From positions 19,197,512 to 19,261,511 of the forward strand of contig JARDVH010000130.1 of assembly GCA_030324005.1 (NCBI GenBank): a stretch of DNA of 64,000 bases, in the 5' to 3' direction. Positions 38,955 through 51,899 of the stretch are shown one piece after another. Numbering within the stretch: position 1 is the stretch's first letter; every line of letters starts with the position of its first letter. Source of the stretch: Negaprion brevirostris (lineage: Eukaryota). A model generated the notes under the pieces. The model worked only from the letters and a program-made list of their open reading frames with translations. It did no database searches and was not told the DNA's origin. A program made the translations under genes and the position numbers.

Positions 38955-39990
38955 AGGATAGGGATGTTCATGGAACTGCCTCTGTGTGTTAGTTTTTTTG
39001 TCCATAAATTGCAAAGAAATGTTAATGGACTGCTGAACTTTGATCTGATCTGTTGGCTGTGGGATCACTTAGCTGGTCCTATGATTTAGCTGCATTGGCT
39101 TGACACCTCATATATAGATGCACGTGGTGCTGATCCTGGCATGTGCTTCTACATGAATTCAGCCTGGGTTTGTTCCTTGGCTTGATGCAAATGATGAAGG
39201 ATACAATGGCTATGAGATTGTTGGAATGCAATTCTACTGCTGTTTGGCCACAGTACCTTGTGGGTGCTAAGTTTTGAGCTGCTAGATCTGCTATGAATCT
39301 GCCCATTTAGCTGGGAGTTGGGCCATTCAGCACTATGAATGTTGTCCTCAGCATACGCATCTGCACAAAAATTTTATAGTTGTCACTCCTAATGTTGTCA
39401 TGGACAGATGCTCCGCAGCAGGTGAATTGGTGAGGATAAGGTCATGCAGATTTTTTTCCTTGTCAGTGATCTCACCGCCTGCTGCAGGCCCAGTCTGGCT
39501 GATTTGGTCAGTTCAGTCAGAGTGTTGCTGATGAGCCAATCTTGGCAGTGGACATTAACAGCATATTCTGTGCCCTTGCTACCCTCAGCATTTGTTCTAG
39601 GTCTTGTTCAGCATAGCGGAGCAATGATTCATTCGTTGAAGGTTGGTTGGCAGAGAAAATCAGCAGGATCTTTCTTGTCTCACGTTTGAATTGATACCTT
39701 GACTCGTTATGGGGTATGGAGTCAATGTTGTGCACGCCCAGAGCCAGTCTCTCCTGCCTATATGCCACTATACAGCCACATCTGGTTGGTCTATCCTGCT
39801 GGTTGGACGGGACATCCCCAGTGATAATGATGGAATAGTGTGAGACATTGCCTATTGGTATGATTCTGAATCTGATCAAACATTTCCTTGACCAGTCTGT
39901 GGACAAAGCTCCCAATTTTTGTGCAAGTTCCCACATGTTTGTTTGGAAGATTGTGCAAAGTTGTTGGAAGAGCCGAGATCACTGGTGATT
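38955..39990 (-). mobile_element. CR1-group LINE endonuclease-region fragment
   Basis: Minus-strand QDRPTRCGCIVAY..E.LALGVHNID and a later endonuclease remnant. Confidence 0.7.
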
Positions 39991-41279
39991 GATCCATCCA
40001 TTTCATTTTTTTAGTGGTAATTGAATCAGAAGTCGTCAAATCTTGTACCCACCAAGAGAAGCAGTTCAAGTCACACTTGAACTACACTCTGGAAGGTGAA
40101 ATGCCGAATTCAAATGCACACCATGAATTCCAATGGTTAATTTTAACTCTGCAATGTGTAAATGCTGTTCTTGGCTTATCATTATGGGGCCAGGGTAACA
40201 CTGCCATTTTTTTAATACTGTCAAAATTCCAAATCCTTGGTATGGAAAGAGTTAAGTGGTTTGTAAATTTTCCGATTGAACCTTAAACATCTGTGTTCTG
40301 AGTTTCCCAGGTGGCGCAAGATAAATAACTAGTGTTTGAAACAATAAATCTGTGTGAGTGAAATAATGAGATTAATACGAAACGTTTCTGGTTGGACCAT
40401 AATTTATCTTCTTAATTTATTCATGAGAATATAAATCTGCAGTAGCAATTTGTTCACTGTGTGAGCTCTGCGTTTGTTTAAGAATGACAGGAACCCAACT
40501 AAAATCTTAAATTAAAACAGCAAATGCTAGAAATACACAACAGCTCNNNNNNNNNNNNNNNNNNNNGGAAGGATAAGGCAGCAATTGCAGGAGAATGCCA
40601 CCTCCTGCAAATTTCTCTCAAAGTCGCACACCATCCTGACTTGGAAATATATTGTCATTCTTTCATTGTCACTGGGTCAGAATCCTGGTGCTCCCTCATG
40701 GGCAATACTGTGGATGGATCTGCACGCCACACTGCAGTTCAAGAAGGTGCTTCATTGCTTGGGATGGGAATAAGTGCTGCACTTTCTGGTGATGCCCACG
40801 TTTTATGAACAAAAAATATTTCCACTGCTTAAACAGGTCATGTTTCAATTGGACAATCATTTAAATTAAGCAAAGAGCACAAATAATTTTCTGCTGCCAA
40901 GATTGCCGATTACAAAGTTGCTGTTCATGTGTTTTTGAGCATTAGCACTTTTTTGGCAAATAGGGTTTCTTGTTAAGATGCGATAATCTTATCTACCTTA
41001 ATTACCTAGAACTGGTGGTGGGTTACAGCCGCATGACTCAGCACTGAGTAATAAACTTGTTGAGGGAATGGTTTGCATCTTCATGTTGTAATGAATTTGC
41101 CCACAATCCCCTCCAAGTGAAAAGTGATTTATTGATGATCCAAGCTCGCCTTGAAAGAGCAATTTGCATTTTCAGGTATAGTGGAATCTTGTAAAGCTTA
41201 ATGGTTTGTACAGACAAAAATTTTGAATGTGACTAGAGCTGTCCAGTCTGACTAAAATCATCCAGTGCATATAGCAGGA

Positions 41280-42275
41280 AAGCCACAGATCACAATCAGT
41301 AAGGATAGGCAACAGCTCCTCCATGATCATTCTCAACATTGGTGCCCCACGTGGCTGTGTCCTCAGCCCCCATGACTGTGTGGCCAAAGTCCCCTCCGAC
41401 TCTTTCAAGTTTGCTGATAACACCATCGTAGTGTGCCGGATTTCAAAAAATGACGAGACGGAGTACAGGAATGAAATTGAGAATTTGGTGAACACGTGCG
41501 ATGACAATCTCTCCCTCGATGTGAACAAAACGGAGAAGATAATCATCGACTTCAGAAAGTGTAGTAGAGGATATGCTTCTATCGACATCAATGGGGACAA
41601 AGTAGAAATGCTCGAGACCTTCATGTTTTGAGGTGTCCGTATCACCAACAACCTGTCCTGGTCCCCGCCCCGCACCCCCCCGCACCCCATGCCAATACGA
41701 TATAATTAAGAAAGTCCACCCATATGTCTCTCAGAAGGCTAAGGAAATTTGGCATGTCAGCTACAACTTTCTCCAACTTTTACTGATGTACCATAGAAAG
41801 CATTCTTTCTGGCTGTATCACAGCTTGGTATGGCTCCTGCTCTGTCCAAGTCCACAAGGAACTACAAAAGGTCGTGAATGTAGCCCAATCCATCACACAA
41901 ACCAGCTTCCCATCCACTGACTCTGTCTGCACTTCCCGCTGCCTCAGCAAAGCAGCCAATATACTTAAGGACCCCATGCACCCTGGACATTCACTCTTCC
42001 ACTTTCTTCCTTTGGGACAAAGATACAAAAGTCTGAAGTCACATACCAACGGACGCAAGAACAGCTTCTTTCCCGCTGCTGTCAGACTTTTAAATGGACT
42101 TACCTTGTGTTAAGTTGATCTTTCTCTACACTCTAGCTATGACTAACACTACATTCTGCACTCCCTTGTTTCCTTCTCTAAGAATGGTATGTTTTGTCGA
42201 TATAGCATGCAAGAAACAATAGTTTCCATTGTATCCTAATTCATGTGGCAGTAATAAATCAAATCAAAATCAAAT
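41280..42275 (+). mobile_element. Rex1/Babar-like LINE, 3' ~1 kb
   Basis: ORF 41323-41631 GAPRGCVLSP...FKFADNT...YRNEIENLV...NLSLDVNKT; ORF 41874-42113 ...RYKSLKSHTNGRKNSFFPAAVRLLN; tail aataaatcaaatcaaaatcaaa. Confidence 0.9.
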
Positions 42276-42721
42276 TGGTATGAACATACCTGCTATGAGT
42301 GGATGTTGTACTTGTGTGCACATATATCTGTATAAGTCAATGCATCTGTCTGCCTGTATGTACATTGTTTGTTAGCATCTTTTCCACCAACATGTCTCCT
42401 TTCATTACTCCACATAATCCTTTGTCAACCTCTCTTTACCATCCAGCACCCTGCTTTAGTTTAAGATGCTTAACTGAATGAACCTTCCAATTGAAAGAAA
42501 GTGATAGCCACCACAGAATTTTGCTGGAGAGGAGGATCTAAGAAAACCAAAAAAAACCTGTTAAATTAGTCTCAATCAGTCAAAGTTGCTGCTGTGGCTA
42601 TAGGGTATGTTTGGGAAATGGGGACCTGTGAATTAGGTCATGTAGCAGGCAATTACTGGTTTAAAAAATATGCAATTGGGAGCAGAGTTAGAGTTGCATA
42701 ACAGGAGAAGGAAAAAACCGA

Positions 42722-43655
42722 GGCCCTGAATTTGCGGGAGTTTGCAATCTAATAGTGGACCCCATTAGACCTTTTGTTTCACCCTTGAGCACAAAAGTGA
42801 TGTTTTCGCCGACCTATCGGGCAGCGTAAATTGGCCGGCAAATTGTGATGATGTGCTATTTGTGAGATAACACTTATCTCTTATCGTAGGTTGCTGGCCT
42901 GTTTGCATACCATCATTTTTTTCAAATTCTGGGCCATATTTGTGGGCAAATTCTGCAAATTTTTAAAAACATACTGTTCAGCAGTGAGGGAACAGCACTT
43001 GTTTCTCATCACTGAGAGCTACCCACAGACCTTTTGTAGGACTTTGAGCAGCAACATGGAACTGTCAGGCATCTGGATCAGCCTGTGCCTTAAAGAGGAG
43101 ACCTGGTGTGCCTGTGAACAGGGTAGGCATTCTCATAAAGAGAACCAGATTCTAAACCAGGATATTTAAACCAGATTTAATTCATTGTAAAACAGAAAAC
43201 AAAATACAGAGGGAAAGGAACATGATAATGCGAGAGAAATGAAAATCCAAGAATAAGTAAAAGCAACTTTTTTTGTACATATCCAACATTTTCAATTCTG
43301 AAGGCATGTTCCTTTGAACTGAAAAAAGATGTCCAGTGTGAGAAGTATTTGTTTGTCAGTAATATGACTTACAAATTGCAAATTTACTTGTGCGTGAATG
43401 TGTCAGTCTGTACTGTTCTGCCTTGTTTTGTGTGTCAGTGATGGGTAAGTGCAACAATTTCATACCCTTACATTGATTTCAATGCTGAATCCATCAAACA
43501 GTATTATAGCAAAGACTTTGGGGGAGCAGGGTCATGAGGACAGCAATTTCGTGATCTTGGTCAGTTGTGGACTCCAAAGGTTCAAGTCCAATTTAGTCCA
43601 TAATAACGGCGAGCATGGGCACTCTGGCCAATATTGCCAGTGCAAATGCAGGCCC
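42722..43655. mobile_element. Non-autonomous DNA transposon with 14-bp terminal inverted repeats (possibly Harbinger-like)
   Basis: ggccctgaatttgc (42722-42735) and gcaaatgcaggccc (43642-43655) are 12/14 reverse complementary. An internal segment recurs inverted near 45140-45310. Confidence 0.45.
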
Positions 43656-45519
43656 AAAGGTTGAGGATAAAATAAATATACAATACTAAATGTAACAGGT
43701 CAAATCAAATTAATTTGTCCACATAACTATATTCATAAAAATTGGATGTAAAGTGCTTTGGATTATCCAGGGATCATGAAATGAGGCATGGAAATGCAAA
43801 TTCTTTCAATTGCACCAGAACCCCACCTGGTGGTCAGAGAATTGCAAATACAGGCAGTCCTCAACTTTATGCCATTTGAGTTGCGACGGGCTCGCACTGA
43901 CCAACATTTATAAACTGGCATCTTGTTTAGCTTTATAATGCTGGTTTTGACTTTACGATGTCGTGCCAGCAAACACATTCAAACGTTCATTAGTGCACTT
44001 CAGAGTTCTGCACTGCCCATCTTTTTTAAAATATATATTTGGTTGTTGATATTGGATGAGCCCAGGGAAGTGGAGAAACCTCCCCCTCAATATTTGGCCC
44101 CCAAAATCCTTCAGCCCGATGGAACTGGAGGCCAAAAACCATTTTCTGAAAAATGATTTTGGCGTCTCACACCTGAACGGTTCACTGCGTGGAGCCAGGC
44201 TCTGCCAATGGTGAACAGCCCCAAAAGCAAATCACTTTTCAGCAGAGGTCTGAGTGCAGTGGGAGGACGGTCTAAAACCTGCGGACNNNNNNNNNNNNNN
44301 NNNNNNNNNNNNNNNNNNNNNNNNNNNNNNNNNNNNNNNNNNNNNNNNNNNNNNNNNNNNNNNNNNNNNNNNNNNNNNNNNNNNNNACTTTTCAGCAGAG
44401 GTCTGAGTGCATTGGGAGGAATGTCTAAAACCTGCGGAATATGAGATTGCCTTTTGCCAATGAAAAAGTGGTCTCGTTCTGCTGACAGTTTTCTCAATGA
44501 TTACAATCCTGCCTGTGTTCTGACACCTTTTGCCTGAGAGCCACATTTCTGATTCATGTTGTGCTCATCACATGGCCCCTGGCACCCTTCATTGGAGAAT
44601 AAGATAAACAAGACCCTTATTGTATGATTAATAATCTCCAAAACAGACTAAAGCATTAACCAAAATCTCAAATGTAAATTCGTGAAATCAAGTCAAAGGA
44701 GAAATGGTTAACAAGCAAATCGGGTGTGGGGCCTTGGTTCATGAACCAATTCCCCAAATATAACATTGTTCCTTTGGAAAATCGATTCTGACCTGAGATA
44801 TGTCGACTTGAGACACGGTTTCCAGAAATCAATTGCATCTTAGGTCCAAGAACTGCCTGCATGAAAATGGCTGTATTTTGCTGCACAAGTAATGCTGTGG
44901 CCAACAATACTCATTATTAATTCTGTGGAATCAAACAGCAACTTGTGTCCATTTGCAATTGAAACACATTGAATGCAGAAAGTTCCTCCATTAACTTCCC
45001 ATAAAGCACATCTCACTGATGCACCATTCAAATACACTGAATGAGGTGAGATTGCTGCATTTAATCCAAAACTACCGATTAAACTTGTCAGAAAATGTTA
45101 GAACTTGTCCATTATAGTGTAAGTATTGTTTTAATGGCAAATTCAGATTAATTACTGCTCAGTAACACTGACACTGAATATTTGCAAGTGTGAAGTCACA
45201 TTTCTTTCAATTTTGATTCTTGTTGATGTTAAAAATGCATTTTTTCTACTTCTCTGATCTCTCTTTCAACCCCATGTTTCTTTCTTTCATTTTCACTATC
45301 TGATTTCACAGAATCACAGATTTGTTACAGTTCAGAAGGATTTGCACTGACTCTCCTAATGACTAATTTACCTTGAGATTTCCTCTCTCAGCCTCTTTCT
45401 CGTTATCCTGCAAATTCTTCCTTTTCAGATAACAACCTAACTCCCTTTCGAAAATCTCAATTTGACCTGCCTCCACCATACTCTCCAACAGTGCATTCAA
45501 GATGCCAATCAACTGTTAG

Positions 45520-45945
45520 AATGATAGAATTCAGAACTTCTCCAGTGCAGAAGGAAGCCATTTGGCTCATCAAACCTGCATGGCAACAATCCCACCCTNN
45601 NNNNNNNNNNNNNNNNNNNNNNNNNNNNNNNNNNNNNNNNNNNNNNNNNNNNNNNNNNNNNNNNNNNNNNNNNNNNNNNNNNNNNNNNNNNNNNNNNNGC
45701 AACACTCCCACCCTATCCTGCAGCCTGATGTTGACCCTGCGAATCTCACTGACTCAGGGGCAATGTAGCATAGCCAATCCACCTAATCCACACATCTTTG
45801 GAGTGTGGAGGAAACTGGGGGACTCAGAGAAAACACGTGCAACATGGGGAGAACATGCAAACTCCATGCAGTCACCTAACGCTAGAAATGAACCTGGGTC
45901 CCTGATGCTGAGAGGCAGCAGTGCTAACCACTGTGCCACCGTGTC
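45520..45945 (-). mobile_element. HE1-like SINE (spanning a gap) nested in a minus-strand CR1 fragment (about 45310-46340)
   Basis: Head cacggtggcacagtggttagcactgctgcctctcagcatcagggacccaggttc. The host CR1 encodes DVKALDRVQKRIMRMAPG. Confidence 0.75.
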
Positions 45946-47039
45946 AGCCCTCCTCTTGGGTGAAAAAAGTTTTCCCTCCTATCAATTTAGCTTATTTCGC
46001 CATTACTTTAAATCTGTGCCTCCTCGTGTTTGTGGGAACAGTTTTTCCATACTTACTCTGTCCAGACACTCGTGATTTTGAAGACCTGTTTCAAATCTCC
46101 CCTCATTTTTTTCTTCAAGCAAAACAGTCCTAACTTCTCTAATCTGTTTTCCTAATCTGAAATTCCTAACCCCTGGAGCCATTCTCATGATTCTTTTCTG
46201 CACTCTGTCCAATGCCTTCACATCATTCCAAAGCACTGTGTCCACAACTAGACACACTACTGCTGCTGAGGCCAAGCTTATACAGGTCTTAGACAAGTTT
46301 AACATAACCTCCTTGCTCTTGTACTCTATGCCCTTATTAATTTAGTTTCTGTAGAAGATGCTGCACTTTTTGGATGTCTGTCTGCCTGGCAGGAGTTTGC
46401 ATTTTAAAGCCCCTAGAGTGCTGTGGACAAGAGCAAGAGTAATGAATAGCTGGCATCATGGATTCAGTGCTCAGCGCAGTGCCCTTTGTTAGCCAACTTT
46501 TTAATTTTGGAACAGTGATTATAAATGCATATGTTTCCATGTTGTGTTTGCAAAGATCATGATAACAGGAAGTAAGTTTTGGCAATGGGAAATGTGTGCC
46601 ATTTGTATGATTTTTCGTATTTAGATATTTTACTTTGTTCTGTATCAGCAGTGTTGCTTTTACAGTATTGGACAGACAAGTTAAATCATAAGACATCTGA
46701 TAGTTTTGATCACAAAAATGAAAATATATCACTTTAAAAGGCTAGTTATAATGAATCCTTGAAGTAGCAAGCAACTCGAGAAGCACAGAATCAAATCCAA
46801 CACTGATTTAGTTTTGCCCTGATTTATTAATGCAAGCTGATGAACTTCCCCATAGGCCAGTGCTTTTGAGGTGACAAAGAAATGGGATTGGCTTTGAAAT
46901 TGTTATTGTTCAGGTACAGTGATATGTGCACATTGCCCTTGAGACACAATTTGTGTTGCCATTCATTTTCAAAAATTGAATATATCTGCTACACCTGAAC
47001 GAATTTCCTTCATTCTAGTTTCTTAAAATTATTTTCCAG

Positions 47040-47154
47040 ATCTTTGAACGCATTCTTTTCATTTGGGCGATAAGGCACCCAGCCAGTGGATATGTTCAAG
47101 GGATAAATGACCTTGTTACGCCTTTCTTTGTAGTCTTCGTTTTTGAATACATTG
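47040..47154 (+). CDS. TBC1D22A: TBC1D22 coding exon (115 nt, phase 0 to 1): IFERILFIWAIRHPASGYVQGINDLVTPFFVVFVFEYI, with the glutamine-finger YxQ motif
   Basis: Acceptor attttccag|ATC, donor ATTG|gtaagt. The WAIRHPASGYVQGINDL signature is characteristic of Gyp1/TBC1D22. Confidence 0.97.
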
Positions 47155-48836
47155 GTAAGTCACAAGAACAGATTATGCCATCTTATTTCTATTTTTAAAG
47201 GTCTTCAGTTGTTGTAGTCATGCAGCAGGCAATGAGTGTATTATGTCTGATCTTTTGAGTTTGTTAGGCAAAAAATCCTTTGTCCCTAATGTCATAAGCT
47301 CATCATTATGTACTTAAATAAAGTAGCCTTATTTATTTGCATACTGTGAAAGCATCTTTTCAAGTATTTTGAAGCGTAGATTAAAATTGAGGTGTTGCGT
47401 ATAAGCCCAATTTCTTTTAAAGCTCCCTCTGCCGCTGCCGCCTTCATCATTTTGTGTTATTAGAATTAACAGAAAAGGACGAGGTGCCCTTGGGTACCTG
47501 GAAAGAGGATTTCTCATTTACTGATTTACAGGATGATGCTTCTTCTCCCTTGTTTCCTTTCATTTCTGACATCGTGGGAGATCTTAAATTGCTTTGCAAC
47601 TAATGATAGCTTCTGGCTAATCATCTATTCAGTGGGGAAGGGCCTGACTCTGGAGGACCTCTACATTTCTCACTCCAACTTTCATTTATGTGTGAAAATG
47701 TTCCTAATGAGTTTGCATTAATTGATTCTATCAAATTGTATTGTACTTGTTGAAATGTAATTAAAAATGTCAGACCACTTAAATTTCATGTAAAATAGGT
47801 TTTTAAAATGGGAATGTAAAGGGTGTTTCTATCTAAAGTTGAAGAAAGTGATACTTACCAGTTCTTAGTATTAAGTCATGCCTGTATTGTTTTGAGATTT
47901 CCCTTAGTAAAACTGATTTTAACTTAAATGGTTCAGTACTTTCCATGGTACATCAGGCAGTTCCTCAGCCCTTGCACATTCTAGTCCGTTCAGCTTAAAG
48001 CCTAAACTACAAACGGTTTGCAGCGCAGAACAAGACCAATCAGATCAAAGTGATTTTTTTCAATCTATGGAAGGGCTTCAAACTAATTTTTAATTGGGTT
48101 GCTGAAGTTGCATTGATAAATTTTTGCACGTGCCGTTGAATACAAATAATACGTAAAAGTGGAGTTTGTTGAACTTTGCTGTTGAGAATAAAGTGAACTT
48201 AAAAATGAAGTGCAGCATTTAGCCAAGTAATTAAGTGACAGACTATTTGAGTGTAAATTCCACATTGGCTGGGCTGCACCAACCTTGCATTGAATAACCT
48301 CTTTCTGTCACTAGTTTGAAAGATGTATTCATTGCCATTCTCAGTTTGCATGCGATTATAGCTATTTTAAACTGAAAGCACAGTATTTCTGCATGGAATA
48401 GAAATATGTAGGATCAGCAGGAACCGTTATCTCCTTTTTTAAAAGTTTTTAAGATTTCAAGTTCAAAGAAAATGTATTGGTGGCACTTAGTTATTCAGTA
48501 CAATGTCTCCCTTTAGCAGAGTGTGCTTACACTGTTATCCTACCAGCTTGCAGCTTTGGTGAGCAGGCAAATGATAAATATGCGCATAATCATCCAACAC
48601 ACAAAAAAAAGGCATGGCGGTTTCATGAGGATTTCCATTACCTATTCAAGTTTTTGATGATGGAAATGAACTGGGTGGTTCCTCCTTTGATCTTCCAAAA
48701 TGGGAATGAAATAATAGTGAGGAAGATGAAGCAGAAATTTCAAAATCTGATTTTTAAAATATCTGGACACCTCTGCAGGCCACACTTAAGTTCAGTGGAA
48801 TCAGGATATTTTTACCCACCAAGAGGTTTTTTATTT

Positions 48837-49990
48837 AATTTGATTATTATTGTCATATGTATTAACATAGGCTGACATAGAGTGTCCCAGGGGTCAGTGC
48901 TGGGGCCTCAGCTACTTACCATTTATATAGATGATCTGGAGGAGGGAACCGAGTGTATGGTGTCGAAATTTGCTGATGACACCAAGATTGGTNNNNNNNN
49001 NNNNNNNNNNNNNNNNNNNNNNNNNNNNNNNNNNNNNNNNNNNNNNNNNNNNNNNNNNNNNNNNNNNNNNNNNNNNNNNNNNNNNNNNNNNNGCGTGCTA
49101 TGCAGACAAGACATAATGTTCGTTGAGAAGGAAATGCAAGAGTGCAGAATGTAGTCTTAGAATCATAGCTAGGGTGTAGCAAAAGATCAACTTAATGCCA
49201 GGTAGGTCCAATCAAAAGTTTGACAGCAGCAGGGAAGAAGCTGTTCTTGAGAGGGTTGGTATGTAACCTCAGACTTTTGTATCTTTTTCCCGATGGATAT
49301 TGAGGGTGCGTGGGGTCCTTAATTATGCTGGCTGCTTTGCTATGGTAGTGGTAAGTGTAGACAGAGTCAATGGATGGGAGACTGGTTTGCGTGATGGATT
49401 GGGTTACATTCACAACTTTTGGTAGTTCCTTGCAGTCTTGGGCAGAGCAGGAGGCATACGAAGCTATGATACAACCAGAAAGAATGCTTTGTGTGGTGTA
49501 TCTGTAAAGGTTGGTGAGAGTCGTAGCTGACATGCCAAATTTCCTTAGTCTTCTGAGAAGGTAAAGGCGTTGGTGGGTGATAATGTGGACACCGAAAAAC
49601 ATGAAGCTCTCGATCATTTCCACTTTGTTTCTGTTGATGTAGACAGGGGTATGTTCTTCTTTATGCTTCCTGAAGTCGATGACAACCTCCTTCATTTTGT
49701 TGACATTGAGGGAGAGATTATTGTTGCCGCACTAGTTCACCAGATTCTCTATCTCTTTCCTGTACTCTGTCTTGTCATTGTTTGAGATCCGACCCACTAC
49801 GGTTGTGTCATCGGCAAACTTGAAAATTGAATTGGAGAGGAATTTGGCTCCGCACTTATAGGTGTATAAGGAATATAGTAGGAGGCTGAGAACACAGCCT
49901 TGTGGGACACTAGTGTTGAGGATGATCGTGGAGGAGGCGTTGTTCCCAATCCTTACTGATTGTTATCTGTGAGTTAGGAAGTTCAGGTTA
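48837..49990 (-). mobile_element. Rex1/Babar-like LINE 3' ~1 kb, with its tail interrupted by a CR1 insertion
   Basis: ORF 49192-49695 KEVVIDFRK...QRLYLLRRLRKFG...RYKSLRLHTNPLKNSFFPAAVKLL; tail remnant at 48837-48870. Confidence 0.9.
48875..48992 (+). mobile_element. 5'-truncated CR1 RT segment running into a gap
   Basis: [37 protein letters not shown]. Confidence 0.9.
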
Positions 49991-51899
49991 GGTGTTCCAA
50001 GTTAGCAGAGCTTTACTGTATTGCAGTGATTTTGTCTTTAAAACAATTGTTGCTCCAATGCTGGACATGCAGTGTTCTTGAATCAGGAGTGATCGCATTC
50101 AACTAGTCACCATTGTATGAAACTAATACAGTATGTCAAAGACCTGAAAGAGAGGCTGGCATTTATATTGTATATCATTTCTTCCAGAAATAACCCAATG
50201 CATTTTGCATTCAAAAAATTGTTTGGAAGCAGAGGGATTGTTACATTAATAAAGTTCATGCATTCTCAACTTGAGTTAAAACACTTTAGATTTTTTCTTC
50301 ATTATTTTATTGTCTTGCTGTACATCTAATCCTATATTTGCCATTGCTTGTACTCAAACAACCTGTGGCATGGTGGCTCCACCCCTTTTGTGGTGGTTTG
50401 TCTTGAGTTTCTGGTTTTCTTTAAGTTGAATGCTTGACTTGAAATGCTTGATCTTTATCTTTTAAAAAAATGTTTCAAATGATTATTTGAAATCAGTGAA
50501 AAAGGTTGATGTTCAAAGTTTTATTCAGTGTGAAATTTTAGTGTCAAAATTTGTAAGGCTCACTAAAGTGTCTGTTCATAAACAGTAAATTGAGAAAAAT
50601 GTGAAAGCTGCTTGCTTTGTTGGTTAAAGTCTGATATGATTGTGGATTTAATATGGATGATGAAAGGATGGTTCATAATATCCATACATCATCGTAACAT
50701 CATTGGCTATTAAATAGTTACACCATATGAAAAAGATGATCACAAAAAGCCTGCCAAGCTTCAGAAGAGGGAATCAAAATTGAACCGGAAAGAGATAAGT
50801 GGAATAATGCTTTCTAAAGTAGACAAATTGTGGGGAACTGAAATCCTGGAACAAGGAAATAGAGGTATGAAAAAAAAACTAACTTCTACATTACTTGGGT
50901 AAAGGAGTATTTCTGTCATCAGTTTCTTTGTTTGGAATAAATCACTCAAATCACCACCCCATCTGAGCTTTTTGCAGTCCTCCCATAACTGCTGCCAAAT
51001 GTTCTGCCTCAGAATCTGGCCTTCAGTTCATCCTCCTACATTCCACCATTGGGTGTCAATCTTGAGTCGTGCTCCTTCTTGTGGAGCTATCTCGAGAGGA
51101 TTTGGCCTTTTCACTTATGTATCCCTCTTCATGAGAAAAATATTCAAATCTATCTCTGCAACCATGTTTTTCACTCCCGTTCATGTTCTTTTCCTGACTG
51201 TTCATACACTGGTGCTATTTGTGAAGGAGCTTTGTATGTTTACTGTATGAAAGAAGTTAACTAAAGTAAAGTTTGTTGAGTGGCAGAGAAAGAGCCAGTT
51301 TGGGACCTACCCAAAATTGAAGTCATATTTTTGAATAATGTTCGTTTGTGAATCATATGGCTGAACTCTATTAGTATCTGACTTGCTCCCCTGAGTGATT
51401 AAAGTATTTCCCCAACTCCTCCTCCCATGGATTGATTGCACAGTTGCTCATGTTTTGAATTTGCCTGAATTTCTGAGATTGCAGCCAATAGATTGCTGCT
51501 TTTTTTCTCCTCCCATGTTCCTTCTCCAGTGGTGCCCTGAAGCTTCTGCTTTCCTTTTATCTTTGGATGGGCAACATGTTTTATCCTTCAAACACAACCA
51601 CTCACTCGGATGTTGTTCATGTTAATAATCAGCAAATTATATAGAAATTACATACATTTGCGTTTTCAGTGTCCTTCAGGAGACGCAGCTGATCCATTGC
51701 ATCCTGTCATGTTGCAGTTCTTGGGGAAACTGAGCTGTCACCCAGTGCTTTTTCTGTTATCTTAGATCTCGATGTGTATCTAAACACAGCGGATAAGATG
51801 ACGCCATTTGTTTGGCACCAAAATCTCTTTCGTGATCTCTAAGTTTAACTCCGCCCGTTCTGCTAAGAAATACTTTACTCATACTTGCCTCAAACACAT

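Larger units (their letters stand above)
14165..47154 (+). other. TBC1D22A: Internal portion of a TBC1 domain family member 22 (Gyp1-like Rab GTPase-activating protein) gene, most likely TBC1D22A; the whole window is probably within this transcription unit
   Basis: The exons splice in frame (taking one of the two duplicated exons) to give the TBC domain N-terminal half, with SWSGIP, IxxDxxR and YVQG motifs. SWSGIP, WKLLS and the MTPESLILQPKV exon match recalled human TBC1D22A better than TBC1D22B. Very long introns also fit A. Confidence 0.85.

Noticed and set aside
44234-44439. 53-nt direct repeat on both sides of a 100-N gap
   Set aside because: The four differences are all T>G or A>C toward the contig end, typical of low-quality base calls. 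Most likely an unmerged contig overlap, not a biological repeat.
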